From NCBI GenBank assembly GCA_964532175.1, contig CAZHGP010000002.1, positions 18,908-65,209 on the forward strand: a DNA stretch of 46,302 nt, written 5' to 3'. The notes under the pieces were generated by a model that was not told where the DNA came from, made no database searches, and saw only the letters and a program-made list of their open reading frames with translations. Below, piece after piece: positions 26,366 to 37,298 of this stretch. Position 1 is the first letter of the stretch. Every line of letters starts with the position of its first letter. The translations under genes and the position numbers were made by a program. The DNA comes from an uncultured Nitrososphaeria archaeon. Its GTDB lineage: Archaea; Thermoproteota; Nitrososphaeria_A; Caldarchaeales; JAVZCJ01.

Positions 26366-29300
26366 ACTTTAATCTTGTTTTAACAACATTTGATACCCCA
26401 TCTTTAGAATAAACTCCAATTAATAAATCGCTTTTTTCAGCAATAGCATCTTTTAAAGTTATAACTATCAATTGTGTATCTTTGGAAATTTCTTTAAATA
26501 AATCAGCTAAACTTTTAGTATATTTTACATCCATATGTGCATCAACCTCATCAAATATGTAAAAAGTAGATGGGAAAAGTTTTTGAAGAGCAAGTAAAAA
26601 TGCTATTACTGCAATAGATTTTTCTCCTCCACTTACAGCACTTGATATTCTTGATGGTTTATCTAAAAATTGAAGATGCATTTCAATGCCAGATGTGAGT
26701 GGCGTATTTTCATTTTCTAATTTTAACCAAGCTTTTCCTAAAGTTAATTTATTAAAGAAAAAGTTAAAATTCTCAGATATCTCATTAAAGAATTTATTAA
26801 AAACATTAAGCTTCTCTTTATCGATTTCTTCCATAAGTTTGATTATTTCAAGTCTTTCAGCTTCTAATTGATTTATTCTTTCTGATCTAAGTTTATAATT
26901 TTTTATAAGTTCTTCATATTGTTTAGGAGCTAATTCATTTATTAAACCTATTTCATTTAATTCTTTTTTTAATTCTTCAATTATTTTTTCAGCTTTATTA
27001 ATAAAAAGAGCTTTAGTTTTAATTTCTCCAATAGATTTTAACTTTGAATCGATTATTGTAATACTAGTTTTATACTCATGAACTTTATTTTGAATATTTT
27101 CTTTTTCTGAATTTAATGTATGGTATTTTTCATCAAGCTCTTTAATTTTATTATTAAGTAAAAGCATTTCATTCATTAAATTATCTCTTTTTTCTTTATA
27201 GTTTTTTAAAAGATTTATTAAATTTTCTTTTTCGATTAAATACTCTTTCTCTTTTTCTCTTATATTTTTTAAATCATTTTCTATTTGGATAATTACTTTA
27301 TTATTTTCATTTACTTCATTATTAAGTATTCCAATTTTTTCTATTATAGAAATTTTTTCTTCATTTAATTCTTTTAAGCGATTTTCTGCTAGACCTTTTT
27401 TAAAAACTATCTGTTCTATCTCGTTTTCTAATTTTTTTAATTCACTTTCTAATTCTAATATTTTTAAATCGTTTAATTTCTTATATAAATTTTCTAAATT
27501 TTCCTTTAATTCATTTTTTTCTTTAATTAAATTCTCATATATTTTAATAGAATTATCTAAATCTTCTTTAATATTAATTAATTTTTGTTTAGTTATCTCA
27601 ATTTCCTTTTTGCAAGATTTTATTTCTCTTTCCAATTCATTTATTTTATTAATGCTTTTATTATATTCATTATTTAATAAAATTAGTTGTTTTTCATATT
27701 CTTCAAGAATTGTTTTAGATTTTATTTTTTCTTTTTCAATATTATCTATATTAGAATCTATTTCTAATAATTTTTTTTCTAAATAGGATAATTTATTATT
27801 TACTTGATTTAAAAAATTAAATAAATTATTCATTTCTTCAAAATAATACGATTTATATTCTTTTCTAGTATAAAATTCGATTATTCCAGGAGGTTTGTAA
27901 ATATTGCCATTTAAAGTGATTGCTATTCCGCCTTTATTTAAAATATTTTTTACATCTTTTAAAGAATTTGCAATATAAAATTTTTCAAATAAAATTTTTA
28001 AAATATTTTTTACATCTTCATTTTTAGTATAAAATATTTTTGCAAAAGAATTATTCTCTAAATTTTCATTTTGTTTATAAAATGAATTAAATAAGGATTT
28101 AACTATTATTCTCATATTATTTTCTTTATAAAGAGATAGAAGGAATGATAACTTTTCAGCTGTACTTAAATCTTTTACGATAATATAATTAAGAAAATCA
28201 TTTATGAAAGGATATTTTTTAGCATAATTTGGATCTATTGAAACTTCTTCTTTTAATATGCCTATAATTCCTTCAATTCTATTTTCTAAAATTAAATTAT
28301 AAAAATTATTTAAGAGATTTTTGTTAATCATTCTCTCTTTATTTATTTCATTTCTTATTTTAATTTCTTCATAGAGATTTTCAATTTCTTTTTTTAAAAT
28401 TTTTAATTTTTCAATAATTAAAGAAATATTATTAAACTCATTAGATAAATAATTGCTTTTTTTATTTTTATTTTCTATATCATTTTTTAATTCATTAATT
28501 TTTATAATTATTTCATTTCTATTTTTCTCTAATTCATTAAAATCTTCTTTAAAAAGATTCAATCTTGTTTCAATATCATTTTTAAATTTTTCAAGATATT
28601 GATTTTGAGATTTTATTTCTTCATGCTTTTTTTCTTTATTTCTAATTTCTTTATTTAAAAAATCGATTTTTTCTTCAATATTTTTCAATTTTTCCTTAAA
28701 GGATAATATTTTTTCATTCAGAATTTCTGCTTGCTCTTTCTTTTCTAAATAATATTTTTCTAAAATATTTTTTTCTTTAATTTTTTCTTCAAATAAAATA
28801 TTCAATGAATTAATATTTTCTTGAATTTCTAAAATTTTTTTATCAAGTATTTTTAGATTTTCCTCTAAATGTTTTAATTCCTCATTAATTAAATATTCTC
28901 TTGTTTTTAATCTTGATATGTTATTCTCATTTTCAATTTTAATATTAACAATCTTATTATATTTATTTTCAATATCTTTAAGTTTAAAATCTTCAATATC
29001 TTTAATTAATGAATTATATTCATTCCAATTTTTCTCTATCGATATTTTTAAATTATTTATTTGATTTTTTTCATTTTCTATTTCTTGAATATTATTTTTT
29101 ATTTTTTCAAGATCAATTATTAATTGATTTAATTTTTTCTCTATTTCTTTTTTATTTTCAATTAATAATGTTGCTTCATATTTCTTTAATTCCATTTCTA
29201 TAAAATGTTTTCTTAAACATCGATTTCTTTCAATTTCCAATTGCTTAACTCTTGCACGTACTTCATTAGTACTAGCTTTAGCTACTTCAAGATTTTTCTC

Positions 29301-29855
29301 TGCAATTGCTAATTGAATTTTAGCTTCATTCTTTTTATTTTCATATTCAGATACTCCTGAAATTTCATCCAAAAGTTTTCTTAATTCCATTGGATCCATT
29401 TCAGCAATATTTACTACAGAACCTTGAGGAACTATGTTAAAACCTGATGGACGAATTCCAGCTACGCTAAGTATGGATAAAAGATCAGATCTAGAAATTG
29501 TTTTTCCATTTATACTATATTCACTTTCTCCTGAAGGATATAACTTACGTGAAATCGTTACTATTAAAGAATCTATTGGTATACGTTTATCAGAATTGTC
29601 TAATTGAATAGTTACTTTTGCATATTTTGCTTTATTTCCTTCACCTATATCATAAATAAGGTCTGAAAACTTGCTTACTCTTAATGAATGTGCACTTAAT
29701 TCTCCTAATGCAAAACGTATAGCATCAAATAAATTAGATTTCCCACCTCCATTTGGACCAGTAATTACAACTAATCCTTTATCTAATTCTACTATTGTTC
29801 TTTTCATTCCAAATGATTTAAACCCATATATTATCAGCTTTTTAATGTAAACCAT
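26346..29855 (-). CDS. smc: Chromosome segregation ATPase SMC
   Basis: 1169 aa; Walker A GPNGGGKSN, long coiled coils with a central hinge, C-terminal signature SGGEKS and Walker B FYIFDEVDAHMD. Confidence 0.92.
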   Translation of the reverse strand: MVYIKKLIIYGFKSFGMKRTIVELDKGLVVITGPNGGGKSNLFDAIRFALGELSAHSLRVSKFSDLIYDIGEGNKAKYAKVTIQLDNSDKRIPIDSLIVTISRKLYPSGESEYSINGKTISRSDLLSILSVAGIRPSGFNIVPQGSVVNIAEMDPMELRKLLDEISGVSEYENKKNEAKIQLAIAEKNLEVAKASTNEVRARVKQLEIERNRCLRKHFIEMELKKYEATLLIENKKEIEKKLNQLIIDLEKIKNNIQEIENEKNQINNLKISIEKNWNEYNSLIKDIEDFKLKDIENKYNKIVNIKIENENNISRLKTREYLINEELKHLEENLKILDKKILEIQENINSLNILFEEKIKEKNILEKYYLEKKEQAEILNEKILSFKEKLKNIEEKIDFLNKEIRNKEKKHEEIKSQNQYLEKFKNDIETRLNLFKEDFNELEKNRNEIIIKINELKNDIENKNKKSNYLSNEFNNISLIIEKLKILKKEIENLYEEIKIRNEINKERMINKNLLNNFYNLILENRIEGIIGILKEEVSIDPNYAKKYPFINDFLNYIIVKDLSTAEKLSFLLSLYKENNMRIIVKSLFNSFYKQNENLENNSFAKIFYTKNEDVKNILKILFEKFYIANSLKDVKNILNKGGIAITLNGNIYKPPGIIEFYTRKEYKSYYFEEMNNLFNFLNQVNNKLSYLEKKLLEIDSNIDNIEKEKIKSKTILEEYEKQLILLNNEYNKSINKINELEREIKSCKKEIEITKQKLINIKEDLDNSIKIYENLIKEKNELKENLENLYKKLNDLKILELESELKKLENEIEQIVFKKGLAENRLKELNEEKISIIEKIGILNNEVNENNKVIIQIENDLKNIREKEKEYLIEKENLINLLKNYKEKRDNLMNEMLLLNNKIKELDEKYHTLNSEKENIQNKVHEYKTSITIIDSKLKSIGEIKTKALFINKAEKIIEELKKELNEIGLINELAPKQYEELIKNYKLRSERINQLEAERLEIIKLMEEIDKEKLNVFNKFFNEISENFNFFFNKLTLGKAWLKLENENTPLTSGIEMHLQFLDKPSRISSAVSGGEKSIAVIAFLLALQKLFPSTFYIFDEVDAHMDVKYTKSLADLFKEISKDTQLIVITLKDAIAEKSDLLIGVYSKDGVSNVVKTRLKYDDKNE

Positions 29856-29999
29856 GAATCATCATTATTTCCATTTAATATTTAATTCATTAACTATATT
29901 CATTATATTCTAGTAAATAAGTTTTCTCTTTTTTAAAATATTAAAATTAACGTAAATTTTATTAAATAGAATAAATATTTAGTTTTTTAAGATTGGAAA

Positions 30000-31055
30000 A
30001 TGAATAAAATTGAAGTACTTAGAAAAGAAATCGAAAAGGAGGAATTAGAAGCATTTTTGATTACTCGAAAGGATAATCTTTATTATTTCTTAAATTATAT
30101 TGGTGAAGGCACTTTATTAATTACAAAAGATAAAGCTACCTTGTTTGTTACACCATTATTTTTTGAATTAGCAGAAGAGCAATGTAGTAATAATATTGAA
30201 ATATTAAAATCATCTTTAGATATAGATCCATTGAAGTATATAATAAATGAAATAAAGAAAATTAATGGAAAAATAGGGTTTGATGAATTAAGTGCAAAAA
30301 ACTATATTTATTTTTCTTCTAATTCTTCAAAAAATAATAAATTATTAAATAAAGAAGAAATAATTTGGAATATGAGAAAAATAAAGAATGAAGATGAAAT
30401 TTTAAAAATTAAAGAAGCAGCAAAAATAACCGATATTGGATTAAAATTAGCATTAGAAATTATAAAACCTGGAATAACAGAACTTGATATTAAAGCAGAA
30501 GTTATTAAAGAAATGATGAAAAATGGAGCTGAAGAAATTGCTTTTGAGCCTATAATTGCTTCAGGTAGAAACTCTTCTTTTCCTCATGGAGGGTATATAA
30601 ATAGAAAATTAAAAAGGGGAGATATTGTTATAATCGATATAGGTGCAAAATATAAAGGATATTGTTCAGATGAAACAAGAGTTAGCTATATTCATGAATT
30701 AAATAATGAAATAAAAAAAGTTTATAATATAGTTTTAGAAGCTCAAGAAATTGCTTTACAAAATATGAAAGAAGGAATAGCAATGAAAGAATTAGATAAA
30801 AAAGTTAGAGATTTTTTTAAAGAAAAAGGATTAGAAGATAAATTTATACATGGTCTTGGACATGGAATAGGAATAAATATACATGAGCCACCAACAATTA
30901 ATCCTTTAAGTAAAGATTTTTTTAAAAGAAATATGGTTGTTTCTTGCGAGCCTGGAATATACATTCCAAAAAATTATGGTATAAGAATTGAAGATACTGT
31001 ATTAATAAAAGAGAAAGGAATAGAGATTCTTACAAAAACTCCTAAAGAATTATAA
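30000..31055 (+). CDS. M24-family Xaa-Pro peptidase (PepQ/PepP-like)
   Basis: DIGAKYKGYCSDETR, HGLGHGIGINIHEPP and EPGIY...IRIEDTV metal-ligand motifs. Confidence 0.85.
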   Translation: MNKIEVLRKEIEKEELEAFLITRKDNLYYFLNYIGEGTLLITKDKATLFVTPLFFELAEEQCSNNIEILKSSLDIDPLKYIINEIKKINGKIGFDELSAKNYIYFSSNSSKNNKLLNKEEIIWNMRKIKNEDEILKIKEAAKITDIGLKLALEIIKPGITELDIKAEVIKEMMKNGAEEIAFEPIIASGRNSSFPHGGYINRKLKRGDIVIIDIGAKYKGYCSDETRVSYIHELNNEIKKVYNIVLEAQEIALQNMKEGIAMKELDKKVRDFFKEKGLEDKFIHGLGHGIGINIHEPPTINPLSKDFFKRNMVVSCEPGIYIPKNYGIRIEDTVLIKEKGIEILTKTPKEL

Positions 31056-31838
31056 TCCATAACGTCTCTCTCTTTTTTGATAAGTTCTTATAGCTCTTAA
31101 AAGATCTATTTTTCTAAATTCAGGCCAATAAATATCTAAAAAAACTAATTCACTATAAGCTGATTGCCATAAAAGGAAATTACTTAATCTTTCTTCACCT
31201 GAAGTTCTAATTATTAAATCTGGGTCAGGTTTTGGAAGATTAGAAGTATATAAGTATTTTTCAAAAATATCTTCATTTATTTTATCAATACTTATTTTTT
31301 TCTTAAAAACATCTAAAGCAATTCTTTTAACAGCATCTATTATTTCTGTTCTACCTCCATAAGCTAAAGCAATATTTAAGAAAAAGTTAGAATAATTTTT
31401 TGTTAATTCTTCTATTTCATTAATCAATTCTATTATTCTATTTGGTAAAAGTTCCTTTTTTCCAATAACTTTAATATTTACTTTATGTTTATGTATTCTT
31501 TCATCTTTTAATGTTTCCTTAAGTTTCTCTTCTAGAATTTTCATAAGTTCGCTTATTTCTTTAGAATCTCTTTTTAAATTTTCTATCGATAATACATATA
31601 ATGTAATCGATGGTATTTTTAATTCTAAACACCAATTTAAAAGTTCATAAACTACATTTGCTCCATATTTATGTCCTATCCATGGTTCAAGACCTTTTGA
31701 TAGAGCCCATCTACGATTTCCATCGAGAATTAAAGCTACATGCTTTGGTAAAGGTTTATTCTTAATTTGACTATAAAGCCATTTTTCATAAAGCCAATAA
31801 ATTCCAAATATTTTAAGTATTTTTCTTATTAAACTCAT
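31050..31838 (-). CDS. uppS: cis-Prenyltransferase (undecaprenyl/dehydrodolichyl diphosphate synthase family)
   Basis: PKHVALILDGNRRWA and IRTSGEERLSNFLLWQSAYSE motifs. Confidence 0.9.
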   Translation of the reverse strand: MSLIRKILKIFGIYWLYEKWLYSQIKNKPLPKHVALILDGNRRWALSKGLEPWIGHKYGANVVYELLNWCLELKIPSITLYVLSIENLKRDSKEISELMKILEEKLKETLKDERIHKHKVNIKVIGKKELLPNRIIELINEIEELTKNYSNFFLNIALAYGGRTEIIDAVKRIALDVFKKKISIDKINEDIFEKYLYTSNLPKPDPDLIIRTSGEERLSNFLLWQSAYSELVFLDIYWPEFRKIDLLRAIRTYQKRERRYGL

Positions 31839-31853
31839 TTTTCTTCCATTTTA

Positions 31854-33035
31854 TTATTTTGCTTTTTTGAATATATGTAAGTATTTCCTTCTTAAAAATC
31901 TTAATGATATAATTGAAATAGTAATAGTTATTACTCCAATAATGGTTGTTAGTATTAAACCAATTATTTGAGATTCGATAGGAATTAAACTTTCTCCATA
32001 TTCGAATATAAAAGCAACTCTTTTTAATAAAACCCAAATCCATATATTAACAATAGCAGCTTGTATCATTTTCCAAAAATTTTTATCTCTAACAAAATAA
32101 TAGAATATTCCATTTCCTATAATTAATAAATATATTCCAATAATTAATACATCTATACTTCTATTAATAAATATTCCTAAAAATAAAGGCACATTTGAAG
32201 CCCAAAACCATAAATCTATTTTTTCAATGGGTACTTCAATTAAAATAGATGAAACTTTATTAATTATTGACCCAATACCTAAGTATAATGCAACCATAAT
32301 TATTAAAAATGAAGAAATATATGTAAAAAGTCTTATTTGATTAGCTGCTGTAGTTGTTGCATAAAAAATAAGTTTTTTAATAAAACTTTCAATGGCTGAA
32401 TCTATATTAAAGCCTCTTATAAACATTAATAATCCTGCTAAAGCTATTAAAGCTGGAAAAACTAAATAACCTAAGCCTGATAACATTAAAAGACCTATAA
32501 TTAAAAAAATAATTCCAGGTATGCCTAAAAGAATTCTAGAATATTTTTGTTCAAAAACAGCTTTTTTTAAATATCTTGAAAGCAAAGCCCATGTTTCTTC
32601 AACAGATTCGCTATGTCTAATAACTATTCTTTTAACATGCATTATAGGTATTTTAGAAGAAATAATAGGTATAACTTCTTGATCAGTAACACCATCACTA
32701 ACAAATATACATGAAGTTGCAGGAAATTTCTCTAAAACTTTGGATAATTCATTAACTATTTTATGATCAGCTTCCAAACCTTCTTCAGGAAGACCTGTAA
32801 CAGATGCTATTTCAATATTTTCACCATATTTTGCTTTTAATTCATCAAACATTTTAATAGCTGCAAAAATAGTATTTGCATCTGCTTCTTCAGGATCCGC
32901 TATAGCTAATTGTGTAGCAGCCTTTAAATTCTCTTCTCTTCCAATTATAGGAGATTTAATATTAGTTTTTAAACCAATATCATTATCTCTATCGACTATT
33001 AATATTAGAATTTTATTTTCTTTACTTGAAGCCAC
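31854..33035 (-). CDS. DUF373-like archaeal integral membrane protein
   Basis: Soluble N-terminal domain ILILIVDRDNDIG...ADPEEADANTIF, followed by about 7 predicted TM segments. Confidence 0.5.
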   Translation of the reverse strand: MASSKENKILILIVDRDNDIGLKTNIKSPIIGREENLKAATQLAIADPEEADANTIFAAIKMFDELKAKYGENIEIASVTGLPEEGLEADHKIVNELSKVLEKFPATSCIFVSDGVTDQEVIPIISSKIPIMHVKRIVIRHSESVEETWALLSRYLKKAVFEQKYSRILLGIPGIIFLIIGLLMLSGLGYLVFPALIALAGLLMFIRGFNIDSAIESFIKKLIFYATTTAANQIRLFTYISSFLIIMVALYLGIGSIINKVSSILIEVPIEKIDLWFWASNVPLFLGIFINRSIDVLIIGIYLLIIGNGIFYYFVRDKNFWKMIQAAIVNIWIWVLLKRVAFIFEYGESLIPIESQIIGLILTTIIGVITITISIISLRFLRRKYLHIFKKAK

Positions 33036-33115
33036 ATAAAAAAATTATTTAAGGAAGGAAATAAATATTTCCTTAAATAGGATAAAAAATAACCGATCTT
33101 TTTAAGGTGAAATAA

Positions 33116-33511
33116 TTGGGTAGCAAAATGAGTAAACTTGAAGAAAAAGCAATAAAACTATTGCTTGAATCTGGAAAAAAAGGTATTTTACAATCAGAAC
33201 TTTGGCATAAGCTTAATGTAACGAGTAGAGAAGGTTCAAGAATAGCTATAAAACTTGAGAAAAAAGGAATTGTTAAAAGAGTTAAGGAATTTGCAAATGA
33301 AAGATGGACTAGAAGACTTATTTCTTTAATTAAAAAAATTAATATTGATTGTTTAGATGGATTACCATGTTTTTTATGCGAATATGAATCTACATGTTTC
33401 CCCTCAAATCCAATAAATTCAACAACATGCGTTAAATTTGAAAATTGGCTTATTTCTTCATTTAATAAAAAGAAAGGTTTAGAAAATAAGATGGAAAAGA
33501 ATAATGAATAA
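33116..33511 (+). CDS. Winged-helix protein with a C-terminal Cys cluster; candidate TFE-beta / RPC34-like subunit
   Basis: The wH-like segment is ILQSELWHKLNVTSREGSRIAIKLEKKGIVKR. It is followed by C-x5-C-x2-C-x5-C-x10-C (CLDGLPCFLCEYESTCFPSNPINSTTC). Confidence 0.45.
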   Translation: MGSKMSKLEEKAIKLLLESGKKGILQSELWHKLNVTSREGSRIAIKLEKKGIVKRVKEFANERWTRRLISLIKKINIDCLDGLPCFLCEYESTCFPSNPINSTTCVKFENWLISSFNKKKGLENKMEKNNE

Positions 33512-34109
33512 AAGATGGTTAGAAGAAAGAAAAAAAGATATTTTTGTAAAACTTGCTAAAGATAAAGGATTTAGAAGTAGAGCTGCTTTTAAATTATTAC
33601 ATATACAGAAAAAATACAATATAATAAAAAAGGGAGATATTATAATTGATTTAGGTGCAGCTCCAGGAGGAATTTCCCAAGTAGCTTCTCAACTAACTGG
33701 AGATAAAGGATTAGTCATATCAATAGATATTAAACCAATAAAGCCATTTAAAGAAAAAAATATTAAAGTTTTGCAAAAAGATATAAATGACCCTTTTTTA
33801 ATTAAAGAAATATTTAAAATTACTAATGGAAAAAAGGTTAATGTAATAATTTCAGATGTTTCTCCTCATTTATCTGGTATTCGTGAAATCGATATTGCTA
33901 AACAATTAGATTTAGCATATAGATGCTTAGAAATAGCTAATGAATTATTAAAGGAAAATGGATATTTTATAATAAAATTATTTGAAAGTCCTGAAGCTAA
34001 AGAATTTGAAAAAAATATACTAAAAGAATATAAGTTAATTAAAAAAGAAATAACTCCTGCTACACGAAAAGGTAGCTCTGAATTCTTTTATATATTGCTT
34101 AAAAAGTAG
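33504..34109 (+). CDS. rlmE: 23S rRNA 2'-O-ribose methyltransferase RlmE (FtsJ/RrmJ)
   Basis: RSRAAFKLLHIQKKY...DLGAAPGGISQV...ISDVSP motifs. Confidence 0.85.
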   Translation: MNKRWLEERKKDIFVKLAKDKGFRSRAAFKLLHIQKKYNIIKKGDIIIDLGAAPGGISQVASQLTGDKGLVISIDIKPIKPFKEKNIKVLQKDINDPFLIKEIFKITNGKKVNVIISDVSPHLSGIREIDIAKQLDLAYRCLEIANELLKENGYFIIKLFESPEAKEFEKNILKEYKLIKKEITPATRKGSSEFFYILLKK

Positions 34110-34207
34110 CGATATAAATAAAATTCTTACTTTCTAAAAAAGAGGGGAATTTTTAACTTTCAATTAATCCTTAATCACTCTCTTTTTTTATTTATAAGTT
34201 TTATTTT

Positions 34208-35392
34208 TTAATAATTTTTAAAAACTTCCAATATAAATTCTAAAGGAGCGTTTGTTTTAAATCCTTTAGGATCAAAATGTGTAGGAGTAGCTAAAAAATT
34301 TTTTGAATTAATTTTCTCTATTATATAATTAAGTTTAGGCGGAGGTTTTTTAATATAAGAACTTATTTCATGAGAAATATAATAGAATGGTGGATAATCT
34401 ATTTCTCCTTTTAATAATTTAATAATTTTTTTAGCTTTAGAAAAATTATTAGGATAGCTTTCATTAATTTCATTTAACATTTTTTGACAAAAATCTTTAT
34501 CACAAGTATTTCCTATCCATAAAGGTCCTGCATAATCTACTTCATGATTGCAAAGTTGACAATAAGGATCTATTTTTGGCCATATTCCTTCTATTACTTC
34601 TCTATGCAAACATTTTTTACAATAAGTTAACCATCCTAATTTTTCTAAATTTTTATCTACTTTCTTAGCTCCTTTATCAATTTTTCCAAAAACTCTAATG
34701 TAGTATTCATCAAAGAAACTTATAATTGGATTAAAAGATAATTTAAATCTAGCTGCAGTTAATACAGCAAAACTAATTAATATTCTAAGAGCAACTTCCT
34801 TAGAAAATGGAGATTTTAAAGGTTTTGCATAATATTTTCTAATGCATGTTCTTGGATATGTTCCACACAATGGTGCAATATCTGTAGCTGTAAATCCTAT
34901 TATGCCATTTTTTTCTAAACTTTTAAAAGCACTTTCCAAGAAGGGTACGGGTGATCCGGTTGGATCAATATCTATATAATGAAATTTTTTTCTTGAAATA
35001 GCATAAGATAAAAGTAAATAATTTGCATCAATATTGTATACTTCCACATAATTTTCAACTTTATTTAAAGTAATATTATGTTTTATTATTTCTATAGCTT
35101 TAGGATTTATATCTCCTACTATAGCTTTTTCAATATTATTAGCTTCCTTTATAATTCTAATAGTCCTTATACCACACCCTGCAAGTGGCTCACAAATTCT
35201 AATGGGTTCTTTGAAAATCTTTGATAAAATTTTTACAACTATCACTGAAAAATCTCTACTAAGTTTTGCTTTAGGATTAAAGAAAACTGGTAGCTTTGAT
35301 GGAGAAAATCCATGCTTTATTTCTTCTTTACTTATTGAAGGTGCTAAAAATTTTACCTTGCCTTCATCGTAGTATTCATATTCTTTTTCCAT
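34208..35392 (-). CDS. trm1: tRNA (guanine26-N2)-dimethyltransferase Trm1
   Basis: FFNPKAKLSRDFSV...EPLAGCGIRTIR...DIDPTGSP, plus a C-terminal Cys cluster. Confidence 0.85.
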   Translation of the reverse strand: MEKEYEYYDEGKVKFLAPSISKEEIKHGFSPSKLPVFFNPKAKLSRDFSVIVVKILSKIFKEPIRICEPLAGCGIRTIRIIKEANNIEKAIVGDINPKAIEIIKHNITLNKVENYVEVYNIDANYLLLSYAISRKKFHYIDIDPTGSPVPFLESAFKSLEKNGIIGFTATDIAPLCGTYPRTCIRKYYAKPLKSPFSKEVALRILISFAVLTAARFKLSFNPIISFFDEYYIRVFGKIDKGAKKVDKNLEKLGWLTYCKKCLHREVIEGIWPKIDPYCQLCNHEVDYAGPLWIGNTCDKDFCQKMLNEINESYPNNFSKAKKIIKLLKGEIDYPPFYYISHEISSYIKKPPPKLNYIIEKINSKNFLATPTHFDPKGFKTNAPLEFILEVFKNY

Positions 35393-35514
35393 TAAAATCT
35401 CCTTGAATTTGATTATTAATAATTCTTAAAATCATCTTTTTAGATTTTTCTAATTCTTATAAATGGAAAAAATAATTATTTATTGTTAAATAAGGAGCGC
35501 ATTAAGCTAAAGTA

Positions 35515-36627
35515 TCATGAATTAGTTAATATCTTAGAATAAATGATTTTATTAATTTCTTCCCTAAACTTAGATTTTTCTTTAAATCTAGTAATTATAT
35601 CTATTGAAGATGGATCTACTTTATTAAGAATTGCTGAATAAAAACTAATGAAATCTCCTATATATATTGATGATAGCACTTCTTCTAAATAATTATTACC
35701 TCTTGCTTTAATTTCATGAAAATTATTTATTCCTAGGGATGTTATTTCTTCAATCAAATTTAATATTTTTTCAGTAATATATGAAGGCTCAAAATTACTT
35801 CTAAATAATATTATTGAAGATTTTTTCGGTTTAATCTTTTTCATCCATGCAGCAAGTTCATTATGACATAATTCTGGAAAATATTCAACTCTACAAAAAT
35901 TTTTTGAAACTTCATTAAGTTGTGTTTTAAATCTATAAGCAACAGATTTTAAATGTACGCTACTATATATTACTGGGAAACTGTTAAATATCCTTGCGGC
36001 AATTTTCTTTGCTATATTTTTGCTTAAAGGAGAATCTACATTTATTTCTTTTTTAAGATCATCAATTAAATATGATGCTTTTAATAAATCATTAATCGAA
36101 AAATATTTTATACCTAAATTATTTAAAGATAAAAGTATTGAAGAAAATAAATATGGTAATGCTGCTCTAGGTTGAAAACCTTTGGGAATTTCTATAAAAG
36201 GTATTTTTAAATTTTTCGCTAATTCAAGAAGTAAACCATTAGAAGTAATTATGATTATTTTAGACTTTTTATCATATGCATTTATAAAAGAACTTAAAGT
36301 TTCTTCTGTATCACCTGAATAACTAATAATAAAAACTAAATCTTCTTTATTTATAAAATTAGGTAACCAATAATCTTTATGAATTATTATTGGAATGGAT
36401 AATTTATCTAATAGTATATCTCTTACTAATTCCCCTCCAATAGCTGAACCACCCATTCCAGCAAAAATTATTTTATTAAAATTATAATAATCATTTGGAA
36501 AGGAATATTCTTTAAATAAATTTATGGTATCTCTTATCATATTTGAAAAATTTTCTAAAGAGAAAAGATAATTTTCTTTATCTATTTTTCTTATCTCATC
36601 TTTGTTATCTAAAATGCTAATTTCCAT
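35515..36627 (-). CDS. SIS-domain bifunctional phosphoglucose/phosphomannose isomerase-like protein
   Basis: FAGMGGSAIGGELVRD and ISYSGDTEETL SIS motifs. Confidence 0.7.
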   Translation of the reverse strand: MEISILDNKDEIRKIDKENYLFSLENFSNMIRDTINLFKEYSFPNDYYNFNKIIFAGMGGSAIGGELVRDILLDKLSIPIIIHKDYWLPNFINKEDLVFIISYSGDTEETLSSFINAYDKKSKIIIITSNGLLLELAKNLKIPFIEIPKGFQPRAALPYLFSSILLSLNNLGIKYFSINDLLKASYLIDDLKKEINVDSPLSKNIAKKIAARIFNSFPVIYSSVHLKSVAYRFKTQLNEVSKNFCRVEYFPELCHNELAAWMKKIKPKKSSIILFRSNFEPSYITEKILNLIEEITSLGINNFHEIKARGNNYLEEVLSSIYIGDFISFYSAILNKVDPSSIDIITRFKEKSKFREEINKIIYSKILTNS

Positions 36628-36694
36628 ACATTTTTATAAATAAAGAGAACTATATAAATAATTATAAGCGACTTTCATTATTCACTTAACTAAT

Positions 36695-37216
36695 TTAAAA
36701 TTTTAATATTTTTTTCAAAATCTCTTCTGGTAATTTATTTCTATTTTCTAAATTTACTTCAATTATTTCTCCATATTTTCTAAATTGATTAATGAAATCT
36801 CTATGTAATACTGCAATTATTATTTTGTTAGAGGTTAGAATTTCATATATTTTTTCTTTAAATTTTAAACTAAAAAATTCCATACGACCAATTTCATCTA
36901 TTGCTATTACATCGCAATTTTTTAATGAAAAATCTAATGCTTTTAAAGCTACTTTTTCAAAATCATTTACATCAATAATATATCTTCCAAATTTTGGTTT
37001 ATCGCTTATAGACATGCAAATTCTAGCTAGTATTCCCTCTTCTCCAGAAACAATATCTTTAACAATAAACCCAATTCTTTTATCTTTTTCTCTTTTTTCA
37101 GGTGTAATAATTCCACCAACTTTTATTCCTTTCTGTTTAAGCAATTCAATTATTTTCATTAAAACTGTTGATTTTCCAATTCTAGGAGGTCCTGTTAGAA
37201 AAATAACTTTACTCAT
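36695..37216 (-). CDS. Nucleoside-triphosphatase THEP1/NTPCR family
   Basis: IFLTGPPRIGKST...GGIITPEKRE...IGFIV...IAIDEIGRME. Confidence 0.75.
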   Translation of the reverse strand: MSKVIFLTGPPRIGKSTVLMKIIELLKQKGIKVGGIITPEKREKDKRIGFIVKDIVSGEEGILARICMSISDKPKFGRYIIDVNDFEKVALKALDFSLKNCDVIAIDEIGRMEFFSLKFKEKIYEILTSNKIIIAVLHRDFINQFRKYGEIIEVNLENRNKLPEEILKKILKF

Positions 37217-37298
37217 TTTTGAATAATTTTTCTTTAATGATCTTATATATAAAAATTAATAAGATGCTATCTTTAATTAAATAAGGTAAAAAATTAAA

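Noticed and set aside
22274-29855. Highly repetitive AAA/GAA/AAT-rich DNA in the coiled-coil gene and smc might be tandem repeats or a CRISPR-like array.
   Set aside because: There is no regular repeat-spacer periodicity. The repetition is the nucleotide image of K/E/N/I-rich coiled-coil coding sequence within long intact ORFs.
29857-29866. A C-box-like AUGAUGA on the minus strand, immediately upstream of the smc start codon.
   Set aside because: It is an isolated box with no D, C' or D' partners at appropriate spacing, and it lies in the 5' leader of smc.
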